64,000 bases of DNA from Bigelowiella natans CCMP2755 (lineage: Eukaryota; Protista; Cercozoa). The translations under genes and the position numbers were made by a program. A model generated the notes under the pieces. The model did no database searches and was not told where the DNA came from. It saw only the letters and a program-made list of their open reading frames with translations. The stretch spans positions 1-64,000 of the forward strand of contig ADNK01001145.1 in the NCBI GenBank assembly GCA_000320545.1, given 5' to 3'. Every line of letters begins with the position of its first letter. The first letter of the stretch is position 1. Below are positions 53,530-64,000 of this stretch, piece after piece.

Positions 53530-54409
53530 CATTATCACACACCTGCATCCTCCTCCAGAATGTCCGTCGTAGACACCAAATAAGCTGCCGCTGGATTGCT
53601 ACGGAAGGTAGAGGAAACAACACATACTTCAACAGGCCACTCGCTTTAGTGGGTACGCCGACGTACCCCAAAACCCGCTGCTAAACTCGGTTATATATGA
53701 ATTCTGTCACATTTTCAAAATTTGTCTTTCTTATGCTTCCGTTCTCCTCCCCTTGCCTTACCCCCCTCCCCTTCAGATTGCACAACCCAGCATCTATTGA
53801 CCTTTAGCTGGATTCGCATCGCGCTCGTGTCTTCTATCGGATCATTAGCGGGGTACCTTTTGTCAGAAAGAGCGGGAAGGAGAGGAGTGTGTAGGGTAGA
53901 CAACAGTGAGATTTGAACACAGCACCGTGAACAACGATTTAGGAGGCCGGTAACAATCTCTATCACCAGTTTGTGTGGATTTCTTTGATAAGCCCCTTCT
54001 CTACCTTCATGGTGGCCTGCATTCATAACGAATTGCGTGTAAAGGGAGACAATGTGAGCTTCGCGCGGTGTCAACTTTCGCAAAAATCTGCAGCGACCGC
54101 CAACGCGACGAGATAGAAATGAATTATGGAAGTGGCTCTATTGGGGAATACGCGGAGTGTCGGGGGATTGGTCATTTCTACCTGGTTACGACAGATTGCG
54201 GCATCGTGATCCTCCGCAGAAGACTTCCCTGCGATAGCACAGCCCTACGCAAACAAAGCGTCAACGCGGAATAGGACACGAACCGCACCGAAGCACAATT
54301 TGATGAGCATCGCCAATCACCCCCACGCTTCTTGTGACTGATAAACCTTTATAGCCCCAAATGCGCCTGCAGCAGCCAGGGCGCACTTCAGTTGCAGCCG
54401 ACGATGCAT
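49708..54409 (-). CDS. PP2C-family phosphatase (PDP/Ptc5-like) ending in SKL, multi-exon
   Basis: YPANDPIEDT, GVYDGHSG, ACAVVCHVDGSNLTTAWAGDCRAILG, TEDHQ, QPTRAFGDG, YVTAEP, FLVLACDGLFE, RRLHDDITIQ|VVFF...IPQSKL*. Confidence 0.88.
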
Positions 54410-54926
54410 TTGATGTAGCCGATTTTGTGAAAGTCCTCAGCACAAAAAACGGTGGGGGGGACAGGGATCTGCAGCTCCACCGTTTCTGTTGATATCTTTC
54501 AGTTGTAATATTGTTGCAGCTACTGTTGCGCCTGTGAGACGAAGGTCATCTTTCTAGTTGGTAATTTTAGGTATTTTTGCCTCCATTTTCTAGAAAGTAA
54601 CAGCAAGAACTGCGAGTGTTTCATAAATTTGAACTGTCTGTGGGATTTATTTTAGGCATTCCCGAAGGTATTTTTCGTTCGAAATAATGGCCCAACGAGG
54701 GGAAAGGAGAGGGACGAGATGTGAGATATTTAAACGGCATCTTTCCTAGATGTGCATACGATCGCACTTGACGCCGTAAGTAAAACTCAAGGATAATTGC
54801 GAACGTTTGTTGGAATTTTTCTTAAACAGAGAATATCCAAAACAAATAAGGATTTTATTAAGAGATAATTGTAAATATCCGAAAATCTCTTACGGCATTC
54901 CGAAACCACTTTCGAACACGCCCGCC

Positions 54927-56955
54927 ATGGCCTCCAGGCGAGAAAGAGATCTTCGAGAGCCACCGCGTGAGCGCGAGCGCCGCCCACCACCAGACACATC
55001 GAGACTATTCTCCCTCAAGGTGGATAATCTTAGCTTCAGAACGAGGCCGGAGGACTTGAAGGAGACGTTTGGAAAGTTTGGCACCGTGGCTGATGTGCAC
55101 ATCCCGAGAGATAGGTAGAAAGAATAGCACGGCGAATGAGAGAATCGCAAATAGTTGGTCAAGAAGCCTGCACTGCTACTAAAATACGCACGATAATAGA
55201 TTAAAAGTTTCTAGGATATACATAAATGTGTTGCCCTCCTTCCCATCTGTATTGAGAACACGGTCAGCCTCGTTCTCGCATTTTCATGCACAGACACGCA
55301 CGCACACACGCACGTACGTACGCACGCAAGCGCGCGTATGGATGTAGTTTGCATTAATGCTTATCAAAGTATCGTCAATTCACCTTAGGTATACGGGAGA
55401 AAGTCGCGGGTTTGGTTTCGTCCGCTTTGAACGCCAGGTAATTGCATTGCACGAGAGCAGATTCCTTTTCTTAGCCGAAAAACACGCTGATGCTGTCAAA
55501 ATGCACTCCCTCCCTCCCTCCCTTCCTTCCTATTTCCCCACCCCAGGGCGATGCGGATGACGCTGCGCGCGAGATGGATGGCTACAAGCTCGATGCGCGT
55601 AGACTGAAGGTGCAGATGGCGAAGTACAAGAAGCCAGCGGTGATGGGGGGCGGCTCCAGCCGTCCCCCGGAGCGGGGAGGGCCAGCCGGACGCGGCAGAG
55701 ACCCTCGCGACAGCTATCCTGACAGCAGGGGCAGGGACTATCGCGATGGCCGTGATGCCTACGGGGGCCGCGATGGTCGCGACGACAGAAGATTCCGTGA
55801 CCGAGGAGACGGGATGGATCGCGGCCGTGGCCCTCCTCGCCAAGACTACTACGACCGAGGTGACTACCGTATGCGCGATCGTCCTGGCGCTCGTGAGCGT
55901 TTCGACCCGCGCGATGGTTATCGCGGCGGTCGTGTAGAGTACGGGCGAGGGGGATACCGGGGGGGGGGCGACTACCGGGGGGGCGACTACCGAGCAGGTC
56001 GCGGCCGTGATGTACGCATGGAGCGTAATGTTCGCGATTATCCAGCAGCACGCTCTTTTGATACACGTGGCGGGGGTCGGATGAGTCGTGGAGGCCGCGC
56101 CGACCGGGGTCGGGATCGGGATCGGGATCGGGGTTATCGTGGGGCAGGAGGGGAGGGACGAGGTCGTGAGCGTGAGCGTGATGACGCCGACCAGGAAGGA
56201 CGCAAAGATAGGGAGAGAAGCCGCGCCGAAGCAACACGAAGGTGAATGATAAGGGCGGCTGTCGCTAGTGCATCGAAAGCAGCACCACGGCTGAAGCAGC
56301 AGCAGCAGCAGCAGCAGCAGCAAGCAGCAGCCTGTCATCAGTCTTTAGCAGCCGCGGCAGTAGCCAGTACTAGCGTCATTCAGAATAGCAGAATCATCAT
56401 CATCAACAACATCATCATCATCATCACCATCCAGCAGTTATAAAATTAACAATCGGTGTAGTAGGTACTAGCTGCCACCTTGCCCATACACACATCCGCG
56501 CGCACACACAACACATCATCAGACTTGAAAATGCTCACACCCCGCCTTTTTCCTCCGGCCCATTTTCTCCACACTCACTTACACTTGTTGTGTGCGCGCG
56601 CTTGCTGCAAACCAGGCGTCCAAGGGAGGATTCGCTGGATAGGGGCAGGGGGGACAGACAACGACGACGCATTGATGAAGGTGGGGATGGTGATCGAAAG
56701 ACCCGGCGGGGGGCCGAGGAGAAAGAAGACGATAGAGCCAAAGCCAGAGAAGAGAAGGGCGATGATTCTGAAAGGAAGGAGGGCGGTAATGATGGCGGCG
56801 ACAAGGAGAAAGTAGAGGGGGGCGATGATACCGAAGAAGGGGCCAGCAGCAAGAAGGAAGGTACGGAAAAACAAAGCGATGGGGGCAAAGATCTCACCGT
56901 AGAGAATAGCAAAGACGATGAGTATGATGAAGATTCCCGACGGGGCGAAGAATAA
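54927..56955 (+). CDS. SRSF2: SC35/SRSF2-like SR splicing factor with an RRM and Arg/Asp/Gly-rich tail, 4 exons
   Basis: [45 protein letters not shown]|[13 protein letters not shown]...[26 protein letters not shown] is the SC35-type RRM. An in-frame last exon ends at 56955. Confidence 0.88.
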
Positions 56956-58050
56956 TGTTCAACGCAGTCTCCATCATGCGCATATATTAGTCCAATGAAA
57001 GGCTTCTTTGTTTTTGGGTCCATGAGAAGGCTCCGTTCACTGTTCCCATCGTAAGCAAAAGAAAAATGTATATGTGCACGTCAATATCAGTAAAGACGCG
57101 GATCAGTATGATGCAGCAGTAGTATGTTTCAATGCAACGATGCGCATCTTGTTGCAACTATTGTATTTCATGTACGTCGTGCGTATGTACATCATACTAG
57201 CTAGCTAGGCATGCCCGGTGCGAAAAAGATAGCCAAATGTTTGTACTCATCACGTGCGGTTACCTGCTAGCCTGGGCTGTCAGCAGAATCAATCGGCGCA
57301 CCGCATGTATGTACCATGCTCGCATGCATGCCAGCATGGCGCGTACGTATATGAATGATGCTACCGACCTGTACATGTTGCCTTGATAATATAGGGACTC
57401 ATAAGGCCATGTATGTGCAAGTAGCAACTAACTAGGTAAGCTGTTTGTATGTCCGACATGTGTATCGACTATAATACTTCACATAAACCCTTCAATAACT
57501 TCACTTGTAGCACAAATCAGCGCACATATGAGCATATGTATCCCTGCAAGGTACGTATAGCATAATAACAAGCTAGCAAGTAACACAATAATGCACGACG
57601 CTGCACGGACTTTCTAGCTTTGCACTCCAGCATGTGTACGTACATGTCATCCACGTGTGCGCAGGGCTAGGGGACGTGAGAACGTGAACGCAAAAGGCCA
57701 TCTAGGCCATGCCATCCAGCCCAGCGCATGTGTCTGTGGTGTGCAGGATATCTAGATATGTGTAAGTAGTCTGTGCAGTGCTAGCTAGCTAGAGTATGAT
57801 GTATATGGCATGCAAGTGTGTGCATGTGTAGCAGCAATTATTAGTATTCATTTTGCATAATCGCGTGCATCGCCGACGCTCGATCATGCGCCGCAGCGCG
57901 TTGTATCACTAGCTGCACCGTAGATTCTACATCTCATAATTCTTTGTTGTACTTAATTCGACAAACCGACAAACATTGCGTCCCCTTGACGGAGAAGATC
58001 TGTTGATGTTTGCTATTTTGCTCAGCAAAAGTGAGTGAACTAAGATGTTC

Positions 58051-59523
58051 TCAATCAACCGATTCTATTGGTTGATCTTCATCACCAGGCGGCGTTTGCT
58101 TCGTCGGCGGCTCCTTCATTTGCGAAGATGAAGGGGGCGACAGTGTCCCTTGGCCGTTGTCTGGTTCTCCTCGAAGCGATATCCGCGAAATAGTTCCTTT
58201 GTTTTCGTCGTTTTTCCTCACCGCCCTCGCGTTGATTCCTTTGAATAGGTCGTCCAGAGTTACCTCCTTGTCTTCCTTGCCTTGTTTTTCTTCTTCATCC
58301 TCCCTACGCTCGGCAGGCCCCTGCTGTTGCTCTTCGCCTTCTCCTTGCTGCTCTAATAGCTTTGCGCGTCTCTCCAAGAAAGCACCGTCGTACTCGTCCT
58401 GGGGAACACGAGAATCGACACATTTAATTGATCAGGAGAAAGGCTATACGTTAGATACAACAGATGAAACACGTTTCTTCATCGTTCATTGATAATGATT
58501 CTTGATTAAAAAAGAAACAAAAAGGAGATGATCTTGACGTCCCAAACGACAACGATTCCTCCGAATTCCGTGTGATGTGAATTATTAGCTCATCAGCTCA
58601 CTTCCTCGTCTTCTTGAAGCTCCTCCTCGCGCGCCTGATGCAGCTCTTCCATCAGCCTGCCGACACAAGAATGCGATTAGAAAGGGGGAGAAGATGATGA
58701 TGATGAGAGGGGGTTTCGCGTGACGATGGTGGTGACAGAAACAAGAAGAAGGAAACATGGATTTTCAACGAGAAATATGTGTATCCCCCCTAACCCCACC
58801 CATCCCCCGCACTTCTATGCTGCTGTGGTAACAAATCAATACTTGTCCATAAAGCTGGAGTCGTCCCCAGAGCCAAAGGAGGAATTCTAGTAGAGATTAT
58901 TATTTTGCGTTGTTTTGTGAGCGAAAACCCGAAAATGCAATGGTCGACTTGGCACAATGATAATCGTGGTATATTAACAGCCACACTTAATTGCATCAAC
59001 AACTGCTGTCGCGTACATCTAATCAGAACGCGGTTCTAACGAACAACTCGCATCAACCTCATCGTCATCACCACCATCATCACCATCTTCATCATGATCA
59101 TGATCATCACTATCCATACTACCAGATCATCCTCCTCGTGATCCCGAAGATCATTCAGGATGGAGTGTGCCTGCAGCGACCCGGCAGAGAAGCAACCATA
59201 TGTGAGGGTGGGAGAGGGGAGGGCACAACGCATAGGATGCTCTCAATGTGCTTCTTTAGAATGGAAGTGAGGCGGGAACGGAGGAGCAATACAACGCACG
59301 TTAAAACACCTCCACTACTACAGTTGCATTACCCGCAAGCCAGCGACTTTGACATCAAAATCTCTTAGGAAGGACGGCTCGGAATCACCTCCGCTAGGTG
59401 ATAACGAGGAGTCATCGAAGTACTCCCCGCAGGATTTGATCACGATGTCCGCCGTCGGAACGCCGAGTTTGTCGCCGAACGTTTCGATCGAATCCACAAC
59501 GTCTCTCCCCTTCACGTGTGTGC

Positions 59524-59590
<67 letters not shown>

Positions 59591-60824
59591 GAGGCGGAGA
59601 GGGGGAGAGAGGGAGAGAGGGAAATTGGAGGGATTCTATAGCAAAGCAGGTCTACTATTGAAGTGCTGACCTATGCGTAGTAGTAGTAGTAGTAGTAGTA
59701 ATATTAGTAGATAGTACTACCTCAAGCACGGTACCCACAACAACATGCTTGTCATTCAACCACGAATCCGGTCTCAGTAACACGAAAAACTGGCTCTTGT
59801 TGTCGTCCGATCGGCCGCCATTCATGTACGAAACGAGGTACTTCTCGCTGAAAACACCCAACAGGTCGCACAAAAAAGGACTCGTTAAACCAAAGCCCTC
59901 GGAAGAATGGCGGAATGGCGAAGTTCCCACTACAAAACCTCCGATAAGTCTCATTCAATCTCAAAGCAACAACAGACCAAAAACATGCTCTAATAGCACG
60001 GGGAATCAATATTTCTCAAAAGCTATAGAACCATATACCATACTGCATAGTAAGGACAAGTGAATTCTCCCAGCACTCTTCCAGCACGGCTGCGCTGCAA
60101 TCCCTACCAGCTAGCCTCGGCTACTACAACTCGGAGTAAAAAATAGATACGGAAAGTGTACGACACGACGAGACGGAGTGAACGCACTCGTGCTTATCAT
60201 ATGCCTCGTCGCTGAAAGCACCCCCCCCCTCGTAAATCGAGAATCCTCCTGAAAACATGCACAAACCAAAATTGAAGATTTACCAAAAAGGTAATTTTGA
60301 GGAAAAGAGGGGGGGGGGGGGGGAGATAGTTTAAAACCTGTTCCATCGTTGTTCTCTATGTCGCCGCCCTGAATTGCAACGCCAGGAATGATCTTGAAGA
60401 AACGACTCCCCGTATATTGGAGGGCCTTTCCGCTGTTGTGCTCGTTTCTGGATATGAAATAATGGATTTTCAAACAAATTCTTCAATTCTTGGCAGAATG
60501 GGGGGAGGGGGGGGAGGGGCGGGGGAGAACAAACAGCTCTTTGTGCACTGTGCCAATCTCCGATTATTATAGATTATACGATATTCGTTCCGATGAAAGG
60601 AAAATCACCAGATAAACTTCCGCTATTTCTCCAAGCGCGGGCAATACATAATGCACACGAATTATACACGTTCGAAGGTACCCTTTCTCTCCGGTGCAGA
60701 GGCTGCGAAAGTTCTCCGAGGCCTACAAAAACGTGCATAGACGTTGCATGTTTACCAATGGAAAAACAGCAAAAACGGCTTGGGTTGAACTCTATCTCTT
60801 CATTGCAAAGGTGATTTCACGTCA

Positions 60825-60897
<73 letters not shown>

Positions 60898-61051
60898 TTA
60901 CCCAAAAACTAAATATTAACTCCCAAGGACCTTCGGTACGGCGTCGCCGAACAAACCAATTACTATGCGTCCTGGATATCATTAGAAGCAGTTTCAGAAA
61001 ACAATGATTATTTCTAAGGTCTCGTTGGAAGAAAAAAACACACACACACAA

Positions 61052-61085
<34 letters not shown>

Positions 61086-61302
61086 GACTTTATACTTTAT
61101 TCACATCAGCTACATCTCGCTAATATATATCAGCTATGTAATCATCAAGCGTCGATGAGATGTGGGAATTATTCTTGCCTAATGGCGTGGAAGTATATCC
61201 CTTCTTCATGGCGATGTCCATGTACACCTATTGCCGTCCAGGCCGACATCGTAACCAATCATCCACAACAGCGTGTCAGCACATCTCCACACGATGCACA
61301 CC

Positions 61303-61385
<83 letters not shown>

Positions 61386-62278
61386 GGTTTGTAGCGATAC
61401 GATTTCGACCACTACGATCAGTACTTTGGATGTGACGTTTCTGCTCGGGGGAAGGTCCTGTTGATGGTGTTGGATGAGGGAGTGTTAGTAGTAGTCTCGA
61501 AATGGCCTCAAAAACAGCATTTGGTGCTTTCCGCTTTACATGTCTGTAGTTCTCTCAATTGATGATGACTAGTATTATTATCATCATCACTGTATGCATA
61601 GAACGTTTTGATTACCCCTTTCCCCTCTCCCCAACCCTTTGAACGAGCACCCTTTCGCATGCTACCACCACCACTACTGCTGCTGCTGCTGCTAAAGTTG
61701 AAGAGTTTGAATAAAATATAAGCTCACCGCACAAGTCTGCAAGGCCTTCCATCGCAATCCAGGCGTCTCCTTCTCCATGCTGACGACAATTATCTAAAGG
61801 GAGGACGGGGGAAAGGGGGGGAAGAGAACGATGGATATGAAAGCAATTGACGATTAGGAAGTGTGATTGGTTGCGAGCGCGCAATCATGGGACCGATGCT
61901 TTGAACGGAAGAGAAAGCAGATAATGCTGTATTTTCCCAATGTCAACCTACTCGGCTCAATTAAATCAAGCACTCACCCGCTGCTTAGGCTGGTTTTTCA
62001 TTTCTTCTATCCGCTTTTGTGCTTCGAGCTCCTCTTTCTTCTCGAGCATCTCTCTAACGGAAATTTGATATCGCTCATAATCCTCGTCCTCCCTTCTCGT
62101 GCTGCTGCTGCTGCTGCTAGAGGAGGCGGTAGTGGCAGCGGAGAAGGTGTCTGCCAGCTCACCCCCCTCCTGCCTCATCATCCTCTCCGAAGCGATGTTT
62201 GCATCCCGTAGGTCGATGAGGTCAAAGCTCTCTGCTATCTGCACAATCGAATAAAAATGGCAGGTAGTCTCAGTATGT

Positions 62279-62317
<39 letters not shown>

Positions 62318-63008
62318 TGCGCGCGCGCGTGAATGGTTCTCCTCCGCACTCCGTCTTTATTTGATACCTCAGCATCTTCAAGGGCGTTTGCGAGAACAGA
62401 GTCCGTGACAATGTCGCTCCAATCAGCGGTAGCGTTGGCTGCTGGCTTCTGAGTCACCCCGTCGCCCCCCCCCGGTTTGGCCCGCTCTTCGAACGACCAA
62501 AACATTGAATCGGCGACCACCTGTATGAGAGAGCATGGCGGGAAGTAAGCCGAAAGAACAGAGTAGTAACATGGGCGGCGGGGCGGGGGGGCTAAGATTT
62601 TAGGTTAGAGAGCGGAGGACATTTTGCCATAGATCGTTGATCTTGAATTCAACATCTCCAATCTTGAGCATTAAAATCCGCCTGCCCAATCAATTGCTCA
62701 GTAAGCATAACACTACTAAGATAACGGCAACAATGAAAGCTGCGAACGTGGTAGTACGATAGATAGATTCAGCATCAATCAGTCTTGATCATTGCAATGC
62801 AGGACATCATCATTTACCGATTCACTTGAGTGATTTCCACAGAGTTCGTCTCTACATCCATCGGAAGTTCAACCACCAGCTCAACCTGAATAGCATGCGT
62901 GCCATCAGATAGAGTTTGCTGAGTTTGCTCTGTGGAAGTTGGCACTTCAATTAAGTGCACGCCTATACAACGAAGGATACGCAACATACACAGAACTAAC
63001 CGAAATCC

Positions 63009-63060
<52 letters not shown>

Positions 63061-63576
63061 CATCACACACAACCTCCTTCTCAGTCTGAATCCATGTACT
63101 ATTCAGCTCTTTAAACCTGAAGAGACAAGGTAAATTAAGAAACAGGCAGGGATGGTGGATGAACATACGGCTCGTGGGGTTTAAAAACCGGTCGGCATCC
63201 TTCAACAACCACCCGAAATTCACTGGCATCAACACGCACATGAACTATCATAACAATCAGCAATACAGTTAGGCCGATTAGCTAGGTACGTCATTAGGTT
63301 CCCTTCCGCTGCCGCACGCACTTGGACACGACGACGACGCCCATTGTCGGCAGAGAGCATTCTGGCACCAGATTCGCCTCGGGGGCGGCTCAAAGGCGGG
63401 GAAAGCCGCCGAAAGCGTGCACTATTCATACGCATAAGAGTGCGAGGTGAAGACAGCTCCAGTTGACGAGGTGCCCTCCGAATTTGTGATTGGCAAATGT
63501 ATAGCCCTGATAGAGCAACCAGCGCAATGAAGCAACGGAACGATGCAGGGTTCCGCCGCCGCCTCGCGTAACTCAT
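58051..63576 (-). CDS. Cyclophilin-domain protein with a bipartite (plastid-type) presequence and long N- and C-terminal extensions
   Basis: VTSK|VYMDI...LG|RIVIGLFGDAVPK|ASENFRSLCTGEKG, YTGSRFFKIIPGVAIQGGD, SQFFV...WLNDKHVVVGTVLE|GRDVVDSIE...IKSCGE. The N-terminus has a hydrophobic FIALVALSGLYIC followed by an Arg/Ser-rich transit-like stretch ending VQVRAAA. Confidence 0.85.
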
Positions 63577-64000
63577 AACGCCTTTGAAGACAAGCTTCAA
63601 TTTCGATTGGTGATAAGTGTTGTTCCAATGATGCCAGAAGCTTTCGGGGGGGTTGCCATTGTCCCTTCAGGCCAGGACCTCTTTGCACAGTGGCTTGGTT
63701 TCAGGTAGGAGTGTAAATTTAAGATATATTGTTGATCAAATGTGGTTTAAATTTGAAGGAATTAAAGGGTCATTTCCTACACCTTACGCTCTCAGACACA
63801 AAATACCTCTAAAAATAAAAATATTCTTCGAATAAGTTTGGTCTCAGAGGTTCTTGCACGCAATCCCGAACGGAGCTGGAGATTCCTCGGAATCCACGGA
63901 ACCCATACATTCCAGTAAGCACAGCGGAGAATATCCTATCTTTTTAAACCTAAGACGTCAATGTATGCTGGGCCGGAAGAGGAAGCTAGCCAGCGAAGTT

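Noticed and set aside
55496-56338. Long antisense ORFs opposite SRSF2, and likewise 22855-23619 opposite SWEET
   Set aside because: They are shadows of low-complexity coding sequence on the other strand.

Overview
This is intron-rich, microsatellite-laden nuclear DNA from a eukaryote. A gene with a signal peptide plus transit-like presequence suggests an alga with a complex plastid, possibly a chlorarachniophyte (inference). About 13 protein-coding genes can be pieced together by eye: Tex/SRBD1-like, ZMYND10, an intronless type II membrane protein, a DHU1-like WD40-BTB-Kelch-BTB fusion, a SWEET transporter, a tandem-exon LRR gene, a MORN-repeat protein, an ABCB half-transporter, a PP2C ending in SKL, SRSF2/SC35, a plastid-type cyclophilin and two hypotheticals. 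There is also one U2 snRNA gene. Three signals stand out. (1) Islands at about 9910-11285 and 49079-49470 have almost no TpA, and the survivors are mostly CTAG. The first island overlies a decayed non-LTR retrotransposon, which looks like a mirror image of fungal RIP (TpA to TpG/CpA). (2) An LRR gene is built from ~150-bp exon+intron cassettes, with its variable residues concentrated at the splice junctions. (3) Tracts rich in 4-bp palindromes sit between convergent genes. Exon boundaries and motif counts are manual and approximate, and no database searches were run.
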